This document shows, piece after piece, positions 12,851 through 24,920 of a stretch of DNA of 64,000 nt. Source of the DNA: Eledone cirrhosa (Eukaryota); the NCBI GenBank assembly GCA_964016885.1, contig OZ024740.1, positions 381,424,001 through 381,488,000 of the forward strand. The letters run 5' to 3'. Below the pieces are notes generated by a model, which worked only from the letters and a program-made list of their open reading frames with translations, was not told where the DNA came from and did no database searches. The position numbers and the translations under genes are program-made. How positions within the stretch are numbered: position 1 is the stretch's first letter; every line of letters starts with the position of its first letter.

Positions 12851-14270
12851 GAAGTTTGGTTACACCCAAGATATTTTTGATCTACAGAGATAAACATTTC
12901 ATGTCATTTATTGACCATACTGTAAATGTCTTCATACTACGACCTAAATAATTTTACCTATAAACACAGATTTTCATTTCACCTCCATACAATTAGTGTA
13001 ATTAATAATACTCCTAATATTATCAACAAGTTCTTTGAATTAATTCCACATTATTATATAGACATATATATTGTCTATGCTAATCAAGCATAACTTCCAT
13101 TCTTACCCCTTTCATATATACCCGCAACTCTCTTTTCTCGTACAATAAATCACATAAACAATTCATAATTATTCTTATTAGGCATTTCTAAGACAACTAA
13201 TCTCTAACATATAACTTGATAACTTTCATATATCTTACATTTTACAATATACTTCAAGTATTCCGTTAGCTTCCTAACATAATTTCCATTCATCAACTCA
13301 ACATCTGTTAGTCCACGTACCATCTTTGATAATAATCTATCTCTTCTGACTTTTGTTACATTACATATAACATATAAGATCACCACATGACAATTAATAT
13401 TATCTTTATCATATGAAAGCCACAATTATATTCACCTTATATTTTACTTTATAAATCCAAATGCTCAATGGGATTGCAAACGTAATTTCCTTCGCTATAT
13501 ATGTTTCTCCATTTTTCACTCATCTGATTTTGCCACAAAATGTAAAATATAATGATATATGTAGTAATAGCCAACTCCAGAGTTTTAAGTATTAATATAA
13601 ATGTTATTACGTTGATATTTATTGCTTAAAATCCGTCTCTATTATACATCATAATGTATGCATTTCCAATACTATATATCCTTAGAAAATATATCTTTAC
13701 AAAGTTAAACATAATGCATATCACAACAGTAAAGTATACAAATAGATTTCATTAAGTAATTTCCTTTCATCTTTGTAAATATATTTATATTGAATGTTAT
13801 CTATTCAACGTCACTACGAATAGTCAATGAATATTTTATATCCTATCTTTTCTATCCTATCATTCTTTTCTATCATATTACTTAAAATAATATATTAACA
13901 CTTTAAACAATTCCATATCCTCCCTAATGTTTGGAGAATACTTTCTCACATCGTTATCAAAAATAAAGAGCGCTATCCGGATACAAACTTCAACAGTAAT
14001 TTACTCTGTTTGGTTTGTCCAACGCTTTTCTTATAACGGCCACATTATCTATTATAATTTCAATATATTCTAATATTTACAATGCATATTCTGTTCATTA
14101 AATCTATCTATTTAGTAAACATGATTAATATACCATCCTAAATATATATAAAATTGATTTCATCGACATAAAAGTAGACTATAATATATATATATATATA
14201 TATACATACACACACACACACATATATATATATATGTATATATATATATACATATATATTATATATATTT

Positions 14271-14387
<117 letters not shown>

Positions 14388-14539
14388 ATTGATATGATGT
14401 ATGATTGTGTATAGAAGATTATATTAATAAGAGGAATTCCAACTTTGTCTGATTTACTCGTTTTATTTACAATTCTTTAAAATTTATAATGGCATTATAA
14501 TGAAATAGTATGATAGAATATTAAATGTTAAGTGTTAAT

Positions 14540-14578
14540 TAAACAAGTGCTTTCATGCTTTCGCAATCTTCAGGTTCA
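14540..14578 (-). ncRNA. Minimal type I hammerhead ribozyme (left-arm copy)
   Basis: - strand reads TGAAC CTGAAGA TTGC GAAA GCAT GAAA GCAC TT GTTTA. Confidence 0.7.
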
Positions 14579-14651
14579 TAATGTGTGGTGACAGTCAAGT
14601 TTGCAATTTTCAACAGTTGAAAATTGCAAACTTGACTGTCACCACACATTA

Positions 14652-14690
14652 TGAACCTGAAGATTGCGAAAGCATGAAAGTACTTGTTTA
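14652..14690 (+). ncRNA. Minimal type I hammerhead ribozyme (right-arm copy)
   Basis: TGAAC CTGAAGA (14657-63) TTGC-GAAA-GCAT GAAA (14676-79), palindromic AAGTACTT, CUU site, then GTTTA closing stem I. Confidence 0.75.
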
Positions 14691-14802
14691 ATTAACACTT
14701 AACATTTAATATTCTATCATACTATTTCATTATAATACCATTATAAATTTTAAAGAATTGTAAATAAAACGAGTAAATCAGACAAAGTTGGAATTCCTCT
14801 TA

Positions 14803-14838
<36 letters not shown>

Positions 14839-14884
14839 TATATATATATGTGTGTGTATATGTATATATATATGTATATATATA

Positions 14885-14958
<74 letters not shown>

Positions 14959-15309
14959 GCGCTAGCAGCCGAAGTGTGTGAAAAAAGTTATATCTGTATA
15001 AATACAAAGTGTCTAATTGAGACTGCACCAACCTGTATAGATATACATACCGATTATTTAGGCATGCAAACATGCCAGAAAATATAAATTTCTCTCTAAA
15101 TTGTAACAATTAAATTTCGAATGTAATTGGTCCCTATCAGAAGGCGTGTATCAAATCAACTGCAAGGAAACATGTTTTTAATGGGCATATATGTATATAT
15201 CTTTTCGCTTTTAGTATTATTCTGAAATGGATGTACTATTTTGCATATTAGTGCCCGTGATGGTAATTAATCAAGATACATATTAAGAAGTGCGCTAGCA
15301 GCCGAAGAC

Positions 15310-16560
15310 TGATTCTTGGGAATGACAAAATACCAAACTATATACCATCTTCAAGATGTCTTATAGGTAGATTTGTTTAAATCAGTAAAGAAAACTGTGA
15401 AATTGTGAGGTTTTGTCGATGATATACTTCATCTAGTAATAACAATAGAAATTAAATTATGTACAGCTAAATGAGCAAATTAAACTGATCAACAATTTGA
15501 TACCTTTAAAACACGATTCGTTTTCACAATCGAGAACCTTTCACCTATCGATGTGAACCGGCTATTAATGCTGCAAAGATCTATAGATATATTTGGTATT
15601 TGGTTACCATCCGATTTGAAATGGGAAACTCATCTCAAATATTAATTGAAAAAACATGACCTCAACATGGTATGTCATTAAAGTTATATCAAAGAAATAC
15701 AACTGTCAGTTTTGTTTAAACTATCAAAAATGTCCCACCCAAATAAGGAAAACTATATTGGTTTGTTTCAGATCTGCTCCAAAAAGAGTTATTATTCACG
15801 AAACACTTGTTTGTAAAAGAATCTAGGAAGCGAAAATTACATTTTAAAAAGAAAGTAAAGCAGTATGATATTTGGATAGAAGAAATAAAATACACCAAAT
15901 TAGCAATAAAGGCAACCAAAAGAGGAAGTAAAAGATCACCATAACAACATTACACAATCAAATTGCTTTAAGAAATGGGTCAGCTACACAGATAAAACAC
16001 ATTCAGACAATGGAATAAGGTGTTGATTTACTTGGTCTTTTCAAAGCATTAATAGAAATATGAGTCTCAAATTACACCAAGATCTGACAATATTTGATGC
16101 AGAATGGTGGGGAATGATATTATCTATAGACTCAGCTAAAGAAATGCCATTTGAAACTGTATTTATATTTACTGATAGTTTGGTAGAGCTATTTAAATCA
16201 AGAAAAATAAGTCAGGTTCGAGATGTTGGGTGCTCTGCTAAAAATAGATAACTATCAAAAATGAGCAAGCAACAATGATTTGGATACCAGACCATACAAA
16301 TATTACTGGAAATAGAAAAGTAAATGTATTAGTGAAATGGATTATTTCATCTTGACAAGATGGAATAAACAGAATGATGTTAAAAAGAAGAGGCGACACA
16401 GAGAAGTACAAATAGAAAGAGCGTTGATAAAATAACCAATAACTAATAATAATAAAGCGGAAGTGAATGTCAAATAGTGAATATGTTTCTATATTCTTTC
16501 TTTCCATATAGAATAGTGAACTGTTTGTAACCATAGGCCATCAATTCCTCCCCAATGACC
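15310..16560 (+). mobile_element. Decayed non-LTR retrotransposon with RT and RNase H (I/Nimb/Ingi-like)
   Basis: GFVDDI (RT), FGIWLPSDLKWETHL, RNase H motifs IFDAE, VFIFTDS and WIPDHTNITGNRKVN. Many stops. Confidence 0.7.
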
Positions 16561-16721
16561 TACTCTCTGTTTTTTCTTTGTGTTTTGCTAGCTTATAACA
16601 ATAAAAAACTTCACAAAAAATATGATTCATGCAAGTATATAAAATGTTTTATACATACTTGAAATTACATACACTTACAAGTTTTCTTAAAGATATTCAA
16701 CAAACATTAATCTATAATGCC

Positions 16722-16840
16722 ATTCTGAGTTCAAATCCCGCCGAGGTTAACTTTGCCTTTCATCCTTACGGGGTCGATAAAATAAAGTACCAGTAATGCA
16801 CTGGTAATTGCTGGCCTTGTGCCAAACGTAGAAACAATTA
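16722..16840 (+). mobile_element. SINE family A, 5'-truncated
   Basis: TTCTGAGTTCAAATCCCGCCGAGG...GTAGAAACAATTA. Confidence 0.85.
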
Positions 16841-17134
16841 ATCTATAATAACGTTTCTATTAGATAATTTGTACATATATATTTAATATCTGTACTTATA
16901 CTCTTAAAAACCAAACAGAATTTCAGTTCACTAAATTTTTTAACTTTTAAAGTGCACTTTAATATTATAATAGCCTAAATTCCAACATATTTTTGAAATC
17001 AGAAAACAACTAATATATAACCCAGCCTTGTGTTTCTTAGCTAAAAACTTAACTTACATCCCCATATATATATAATTGATATTTTATTTCTCTTTTAAAT
17101 CTGTAATACGTATGTATGAATGTATTTATATACG

Positions 17135-17135
<1 letters not shown>

Positions 17136-17216
<81 letters not shown>
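17136..17216. repeat. (TATC)n microsatellite
   Basis: Direct reading. Confidence 0.95.
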
Positions 17217-17217
<1 letters not shown>

Positions 17218-17240
17218 TATATCATATAGGAACGAGTAGG

Positions 17241-17336
17241 ACCCCGACGGCTGAGCTCAAGCCGTTTCGACGGCTAATTCTGGACTAAATGAACATTTTT
17301 ATCCTGGTATTTGAATAGCCGAGCTTCTCAAGGTGT
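17241..17336 (-). ncRNA. Type I hammerhead ribozyme, U3-A8 core variant (left arm)
   Basis: - strand reads ACACC TTGAGAA G..CGGCTATTC...GAATTAGCCG TC GAAA CGGC TTGAGCTCA GCC GTC GGGGT. Confidence 0.65.
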
Positions 17337-18082
17337 AATTCCATATATGGTAAAAGTGATTGTCACAAGGATTGGTCAAAAGTTTGTTGTTGAGACATAA
17401 TAATTCTATGATGGCAATTTGTGGAGGGAAGGGGTAGCTGAACCTGCCAGTAGGAGAAAGAGGGAGAGGGTGTGGAAGAGACCCAGTCATGCGTTGATAG
17501 TGCCGACTACAGCTGGGCATGAGGTCAAAGAAGATACTAGGGAGGGGAGGGGCAGGAAGTCGAAACAATAAGTAAAACAATATGGGGTAAATATATAGAA
17601 AAATACCGAGAGTGTTAAAAAGCAATTAAATGTAAAAAAAAATAAACAATTTCTGATTACTACGACCCAAGGACAGCTATCAAGTCTCTCACTGGTACTG
17701 CTAGGCTAAAGAAAGGTTTACTAGGTGGGACGGAATTATAATGAGACCCTTTTAAGAGGTATAAGTAATAAACCAAGTATATCTTACGGTGACGGGTCAA
17801 CAAGTGAGGGGCCAAAATACTAAAGAAACTACCACGAAATAATAAATAAAGGTTTCTACCCCAGGCACAAGGCCAGCAACCACCCAGTGCAAAAAAATAA
17901 ACTAATACGAAATAATAATTCAGAATCCCGAAAAAGAATACTAATACTATCTCTAAGGGTGCCGCCACGATACAAAAATTCTAGTGCAAACTACATAAAT
18001 GCTCGTACGAAGTATATGCAAAATTTGATACGGAAAATTAATTCAGAGTCACCCCCCCCCTCTCCCCCAAAGGGACCTCAAG

Positions 18083-18290
18083 CTCAAGGATAACAACATT
18101 ACCTATGATCTCACTTGGAGCTTACTGTCCAGAGCCAACTCTTACACGGGAGGACGCCGTCCGTGCAATTTATGCTCGGAGGAAACTTTACAAATGTTGT
18201 TTTCGACGGACCAACTCCTAAACAAGAAAGTTGAACTGGTTACTGCATGTAAACACAGATTGCGCAGGACTTACCTCGCCCTCAAACCCC
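18083..18290 (+). pseudogene. C-terminus of a Penelope GIY-YIG endonuclease domain
   Basis: LKDNNITYDLTWSLLSRANSYTGGRRPCNLCSEETLQMLFSTDQLLNKKVELVTACKH matches the PLE C.LC.EEK..I...LLNKRSEL...CRH terminus. Confidence 0.85.
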
Positions 18291-19203
18291 ATAATGACCA
18301 GGGGGGGGGGGGCGGGGTAGACCAGGGCTATAATACCCCACTTGACGATTTTGTAATGGGTAACCCCCGCTTGCAAAGGTAGACGTAAGATCTTTTTTTA
18401 TATCTTTTTATCGCTTCCTCTATATTTCCTTCTTCCCCCCATCCCTCCCTAGTCCTTCCACCCCAGTCCTCTTTCTTTGTCGTCGTCCTTTTCATTTTCT
18501 CGTCCACCCGAGGCAGCCCCTCGGTCCTTTGTAGCCTCAGTACCCCTACCTCCGTACCCTATTCTATGATAGATTTGAGCGACTCCGCTTTTTATAGCAG
18601 ATGTGTTAGACCCCGGATACTTGACTTCTTATCCGATCGCTGCCCCCTTTCCGTGCTTTCTATATTTCTTAGTGGTATCTTCGCTTTAATTTCTCGTATA
18701 TCAGTATTTATTTTTTTGGGGTGGGAGGGGGGATTCTGAATTAATTTTCCGTATCAAATTTTACATATACTTCGTACGAGCATTTATGTAATTTGCACTA
18801 GAATTTTTGTATCGTGGCGGCACCCTTAGAGATAGTATTAGTATTCTTTTTCGGGATTCTGAATTATTATTTCGTATTAGTTTATTTTTTTGCACTGGGT
18901 GGTTGCTGGCCTTGTGCCTGGGGTAGAAACCTTTATTTATTATTTCGTGGTAGTTTCTTTAGTATTTTGGCCCCTCACTTGTTGACCCGTCACCGTAAGA
19001 TATACTCGGTTTATTACTTATACCTCTTAAAAGGGTCTCATTATAATTCCGTCCCACCTAGTAAATCTTTCTTTAGCCTAGCAGTACCAGTGAGAGACTT
19101 GATAGCTGTCCTTAGGTCGTAGTAACCAGAAATTATTTATTTTTTTTTACATTTAATTGCTTTTTAACACTCTCGGTATTTTTCTATATATTTACCCCAT
19201 ATT

Positions 19204-19442
19204 CCTTGTCCTTGTCCTTGTCTGGCTTTCTGGAGAATAGAGGAAAGGTGTTTCCTCAAAAACCAGTATGACTCTAAAAACCGGTTTGTCTGTGTGTTTA
19301 CATACAGAATAGCTGGCCACTCACAGTAAAGTGATCAGTGAAAAAAAAAACTTGGTACATCTACATATGTATACGTGTGTGTATTCATATACATACTAGT
19401 ATTTCAGTATACATATATGGATGTACATCTTTGACTTAATTG
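19204..19442 (-). mobile_element. 239-bp insertion with 13-bp TSD and (ACAAGG)3 tail
   Basis: TTTACCCCATATT occurs at 19191-19203 and 19443-19455. The segment is absent from the inverted arm. Confidence 0.65.
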
Positions 19443-19698
19443 TTTACCCCATATTGTTTTACTTATTGTTTCGAATTCCTCCCCCTCCCCCTCCCTAGTA
19501 TCTTCTTTGACCTCATGCCCAGCTGTAGTCGGCACTATCAACGCATGACTGGGTCTCCTCCACACCCTCTCTTTCTTTCTCCTACTGGCAGGTTCAGCTA
19601 CCCTTTCCCTCCACAAATTGCCATCATAGAATTATTATGTCTCAACAACAAACTTTTGACCAATCCTTGTGACAATCACTTTTACCATATATGGAATT

Positions 19699-19795
19699 AC
19701 CCCTTGAGAAGCTCGGCTATTCAAATACCAGGATAAAAATTTTCATTTAGTCCAGAATTAGCCGTCGAAACGGCTTGAGCTCAGCCTGTCGGGGT
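19699..19795 (+). ncRNA. Type I hammerhead ribozyme, U3-A8 core variant (right arm)
   Basis: Stem I ACCCC/GGGGT. Core TTGAGAA at 19704-10. Stem II CGGCTATTC/GAATTAGCCG. GAAA at 19767-70. Stem III with TGAGCTCA palindrome and one extra T. GUC at 19788-90. Confidence 0.65.
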
Positions 19796-19893
19796 CCTAC
19801 TCGTTCCTATTACCCACTCTACTGCTCTAAGTATTGAGTACTTTGGTGCGTTATGGTCCACCTGGTTCCTTACCACATTTCCTCCGTTATTAT

Positions 19894-19932
<39 letters not shown>

Positions 19933-20179
19933 GCACACATACGTGTGTGTAGGTATGTTATTTATTTGTTGTTTTATACATCTTTAGATATTTCTTTAGT
20001 CATATCTAAGTAAGTCTTACAGTATTATACATAACGACGACTACCCTCCTACAAAACGGAGAGAAGTTATCTGTTAATGATGTTGATGTTAGGTGGACAA
20101 GGTGGAGTAGGAAGATGAAGTTGAAGAGTTAACAGAAGTAAAGTAGGATGGAATATAAGAAGATAAAGAAATTGACTAG

Positions 20180-21000
20180 GGCATACGTATAGGAACGTCA
20201 AGGAAACATGAAGCAATCCATCAATCTCATACTTCTTTAGAAATTTCCCAAACAATTTCCGTCGAACATGGTTGTATGCCTTTTTAAGGTTCACGAAATA
20301 AGTATCCACATCTTGGCAATACTTTTCCGAAGACCTGCCGCAGTGTGAATATTTGGTCGGCTCTGCTGTTTCCGAGGCGAAAGCGACAATCTCCGTCAGG
20401 CTGCTTGTATTCGACAATATCCATACATCTCTTTACCAGACACTTAACATAGACTTTACCGGGGAGGCCTAAGATTCCTCTATAATTAGTGCAATCTCTC
20501 TTGTTTTCCTTTTTGAAAATTGCAATTATAACTCTCGATTGGCATTGTTTTGAGGCATTTCCAAAGACCCAGCTCACTCGGCACACGTGAGCCAGTCAAA
20601 GCATACATTCTCTATTTAAGTCCTTTAATATCTCAGATCAAATTTCATTCTATCCAGAGGCCTTGTCATATTTGAGCGCTTTAATTGCTTTCATGACCTC
20701 AGCCTCCAGAAGGTTTGTCTTCGCCCCTAGATGCAATACATGTACATAAGAAGATGTGACCGGATTTAGTAAATCAGCAAAGTATTCTCTCCAACTCGTG
20801 AGGATTCAACCATCTTCTGAGAGAACCCTAGAAGAGTTCCTGATAGTTAGCGTAGAGTCGGTGTATGGTCAGCCTGAGTACTTTATTTATTGAAATAAAG
20901 TTGGATTCCATTGTAACTCCAAAGACCTCCCATGTTTTAACCACGGACGCCTTTACTGAATCTGTTGTGACATTTTGCACCAGCTTATTCCGCGAGTGAA
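20180..21000 (-). mobile_element. RTE LINE RT N-terminal fragment
   Basis: IIAIFKKENKRDCTNYRGI..PGKVY..DQIFTLRQVFGK..FVNLKKAYNHV. Confidence 0.85.
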
Positions 21001-21039
21001 AGAAGATGTATGGCTAAGCTAAGATTTGTAAGCTCTCGT

Positions 21040-21400
21040 TAAGGTGGGTAACGCGGGGATCAGGGGAACGTTCCAGGTTGAACTACTACTTCTTCGAATT
21101 AAGAGATCACAGCTCCGATACTACAGACATGTCAGAATGTCTCAGGAATAAAATTGTTGGACAGATTTTACAGACAAAACCAACCGTCATTACATCCAGG
21201 AGTAGACACAAGCAAGATAGTTGAATAACATCCATGCACTCGCCTGTTCTCATTTGGGGACCCAGTCGGATCAATTGGAGTCGATTGCATCTAGTAGGAC
21301 CCTCTAGAGGGCGTGCTTGAGTGTTCTGTCCCCACGGCCCTTCCAAGAACAAGTGGGCAAAGAAGAAAAAGAAAAAGAAAAAGAAAAAGAAAAAGAAAAG
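21040..21400 (+). mobile_element. RTE (Expander-like) 3' end with A-rich (GAAAAA)n tail
   Basis: LLLRIKRSQLRYYRHV. Nucleotide similarity to the reverse complement of 3902-4290. Confidence 0.75.
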
Positions 21401-22069
21401 AAAAACATCAACAACAAGAAGAAAGAAGTTGACATTATAACGTTGTTGGTGATGAAAATTGAGACGACGATGGTGATGATGAGAAGAAAGAGGGATGAAT
21501 ATTTATATGATGAAAATGATGATGATGTTGGTTGTATGGCTGATGAGAATGAATCTGGTGTTGATGAAGGAGAAGGAACAATATCAATATCTGAGGAAAC
21601 TAGGAAGAATGTAACGAAGACAAAGAAGGAAATAAAAATGTAAAGAAAGCGAAGAAGAGCACGAAGAAAACGACAAAAAATGAGAAAGTTGGAGAAGGAG
21701 AAGAAAGGTGGATGGAGGGGTAGTAGAAGGAAGATATAGAAATGGTGAGGATAAGGACATTATAAAGGAAAGTATGAAAATGGGATGAAAGAGAGAGAAA
21801 GAGAGTAAGAGAGCAACTAAATAGTAAATTACCATACATGTCCTGCAAAAAAAAAAAAGCTATATTCATTCAGTTTCCGTTACCAAGGAAAATATTTCGA
21901 GGAAATATGTTTTACGACTTGCCGTTTGCCGCGAGGCATGCCATGAAGCTGCAAAGATGGTAATATGTGCATTCTGCTCAATAAACCAATATTTATAGTA
22001 TTATTTATTTATTTATTTATTTATTCATTATTATCATTATTCCTATTATTGTAGTTCTTATTGTTTTTG

Positions 22070-22075
22070 TTGTTG

Positions 22076-22155
<80 letters not shown>

Positions 22156-22200
22156 GTTGTGTTGTTGTTGTTTTGTTGTTGTTGTTGTAGTTGTTGTTAT
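22070..22200. repeat. (ATT)n/(GTT)n microsatellite
   Basis: Direct reading. Confidence 0.95.
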
Positions 22201-22671
22201 AATTTAATATCATTTGTTGCTATTATATTCTTTCACTTGAAGCTCAGTGTAACCGAATCTGCATAGTCTCGACTTCCTACTTCCTGGTAGCTAGGATATT
22301 TGAGCTAATCGAAGGCAATATTAAAAACGAATAAACAACAACAATAAAACAAAAAAAGTCAACAAAATAATGCACAAGTCAAACTCTCACACGATACAAA
22401 AGGAAATGTAACAAAACAAAGAAAACAATGAAAATAAAATTCACCACACTATTCTTTCTTCTGTCATTACGTTTATTATCTCCAGTTCAATCTGTCCTGA
22501 ACTTGTAACTGAGATTCCTCACCCAACCAAACCCTGCAAACTCTCTTAGTATGTCGTTGTGGTAGTTGTTGCTATTGTTGTTGTTGCTGTTGTACGTGTT
22601 GTAAATCGTGATTCTATATCAGATTTTTGTCTACATTTTCTAAATTGTATTTTGTCTATTCCCCGTTCGTG

Positions 22672-22720
22672 TCGTCGTCTTCTTCTTCTTCTTCTTCTTC
22701 TTCTTCTTCTTCTTCTTCTT

Positions 22721-22751
<31 letters not shown>

Positions 22752-22870
22752 TTATTATTATTGCCCCCCCCCTCCTCCTCCTCCTCCTTCTTCTTCTTCT
22801 TCTTCTTCTTCTTCTTCTTCTTCTTCTTCTTCTTCTTCTTCTTCTTCTTCTTCTTCTTCTTCTTCTTCAC
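22672..22870. repeat. (TTC)n compound microsatellite
   Basis: Direct reading. Confidence 0.95.
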
Positions 22871-24194
22871 CACAAACTTGTCCTTATTCGACATCTAATT
22901 AAGTAGTATTACGCCGAAAGCAAAACGTTTCAAGCAATACTCCTTTATATCCCTACATTGTGTCAAAAAGAAGTACTAAACTACTAATAAAAACGACAAA
23001 ACAAGCAATATATATGAAAATATATTATTGGGGCACGTTATGGTCTAGAAACATAAATTAGCATAAAATTGAAACCTAAAGATATCCATCATTGATAGAA
23101 AGCTGCAGTTTTTGGAGAAGCCCTAATCGATTAAATCCACAACGGCACTTGACTGGAACTTTGTTTTATCGACTCCGAAAGAATGAAAGGCGAAGTGTAT
23201 TCCTAACGGAATTTGAACTAAATTGCACAAAGCATTTTCTCCAACCCTCTAACGATTCAATTACTGACTTTCAGTTATTTCCGTTTGTTATTTTATTTTG
23301 AACTAATTTTTACTACTTTATGCTTTACAGTTATTACAATACAATGTTTCCATTATACGTTAAACTATCATGCTATTCTCCCTGAACATTAATCTGTATT
23401 TCACAAAAACTGGGAGACAAACCAGTCCAAAATCTGCTATATGGTTGCTCGGTAAACGAAAAACAGCAGCAAAATCTTTCTTAAATCTCAAATTAGCATC
23501 TTTATAAAATGTTAAAGGTCCATGCTGGATACTGTCAGCAACGACGGGTGGACAATAAATATAGTACGATTGATCATAGGTTTGTTCTGTCAGGGCTGAT
23601 CTGGTGCTAAACAATAACGGCTATAAGAAGGAGACACCCGACCAGCTAAGATTAGCAGCTAAATCCCATACAAATCTTACTGTCCTAAATAAGAAACGGA
23701 TACATCATACAATGCAGTCCTACATACACCTAACCAAAAATATGGAATGGTTATTTATCATTTATCATAAGTATTTTCAATAACCCTGATATACAGTTAA
23801 ACAGCATTCAGAAGTAGAAAAAGCAGAAGAAAAAAGGCGAACTTTAGAAAGATGAACTTTAGTATGTTCCATATGTGTTATCTATTCCATTCTATTAATA
23901 TATTTATAACAAAGGTAACATAGTTTACACGAAACAATATATGTGGTTAAATTGCTTTGGGAAAACCAGTACATTGGAAGATCTATATAAGTGTAAAAAT
24001 TATAGTAAAGTAGGACAAAAGAGTCAAGATGTTTTTTCAAAAGAAAACGGAAAATGAAATGTGATGATGTTAACGAGTGGGCTTTCACAAAACAATTTTG
24101 AATATTGACTATTAATTATTCCTATGAGATATAACCAGAAATGTTGTGCATGTCCATTGTAATCCTGATTATTATATTATTATTGATCTTGTTA

Positions 24195-24920
24195 TTATTT
24201 AGTACACGGAGAGGGCAATGGATTGGTAGAGCTTCACAGCATAGTTACGGCCCTTTACGTTTTGATTTCAAATCCTGCAGATGTTGGCTTTTTTACGTGG
24301 CCGATAAGATAAATCATAAGTAATGCACTGGGGTTGATTTAATCGACTTTCCCTTACCACCAAATTGTTGGTCTTATGTTTAAATCAGAAACCATTATTT
24401 AGTACGCGGATAGAGCAATGGATTGGCAGTATCGGTACAGCGTCGGAAACAATACTTCGCGGCATAGTTTCGGCTCTAAGTTTTCAGTTCAAATCCTGCC
24501 GAAGTTAGCTTTTCCTTTCCTTCTTACGGGGTCGTTAAAACAAAGTAGCTGTAATGCATTGAGGTCAGCCCGATTTAATCGACTTTCTCCTCCCCTAAAA
24601 TTGTTGGCCTAATGCCTAAATCAAAAACCATTATTTAGTACGCGGAGGGCGGCGGATTTGCAGTATCGGTAGAGCGTTGGACAACATGCTTTGCAGTATA
24701 TAGTCAAGGCCCTTTACGGTTTTTGTTCAAACCCCGCAGATGTTAGCTGTGTCTTTCATTCTTATGGTGTCGATAAAATAAGTACCAAGAACGCACTGAG
24801 GTCAATTTAATAGAATTTCCCTTTCCCTTCAAATTGCTGGCAATGTGCCAAAAGTAGAAATAATCATTTAGTAAGCGGTCAAATGTGCCAAAAGTAGAAA
24901 TAATTATTTAGTAAGCGGTC
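24195..24920 (+). mobile_element. Head-to-tail trimer of SINE family A
   Basis: Units start near 24200, 24400 and 24636, each preceded by TTTAGTAC(A/G)CGGA. The tail is duplicated at 24843-24920. Confidence 0.8.

Larger units (their letters stand above)
14420..14810. repeat. 391-bp near-perfect palindrome (195-bp arms, centre 14615) of an HHR-bearing PLE pLTR
   Basis: Arms are reverse complements with ~2 mismatches. (TA)n lies on both outer sides. Confidence 0.95.
17226..19895 (+). mobile_element. 5'-truncated Penelope-like element with an inverted upstream copy of its 3' region
   Basis: 17226-~18050 is the reverse complement of ~18732-19810 (minus an insert). The centre encodes the PLE endonuclease C-terminus. 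An HHR is present in both arms. 3' end runs into (TA)n. Confidence 0.85.

Noticed and set aside
18336-18395. TTGACGA plus hairpin inside the PLE
   Set aside because: The GAAA core and a closing stem I are missing.
17299-19736. Near-identical ORF pairs on opposite strands (17660-17968/18814-19122 and 17299-17625/19440-19736)
   Set aside because: They arise from the inverted repeat of a PLE 3' non-coding region and have no recognisable protein motifs.
21830-21965. Possible host exon or micro-exon (AG..GT bounded on either strand)
   Set aside because: No recognisable protein and no partner exons. It cannot be supported without RNA-seq.
24195-24920. CRISPR-like or regularly spaced array
   Set aside because: The units are whole SINE copies in a eukaryotic context, with no unique spacers or cas genes.
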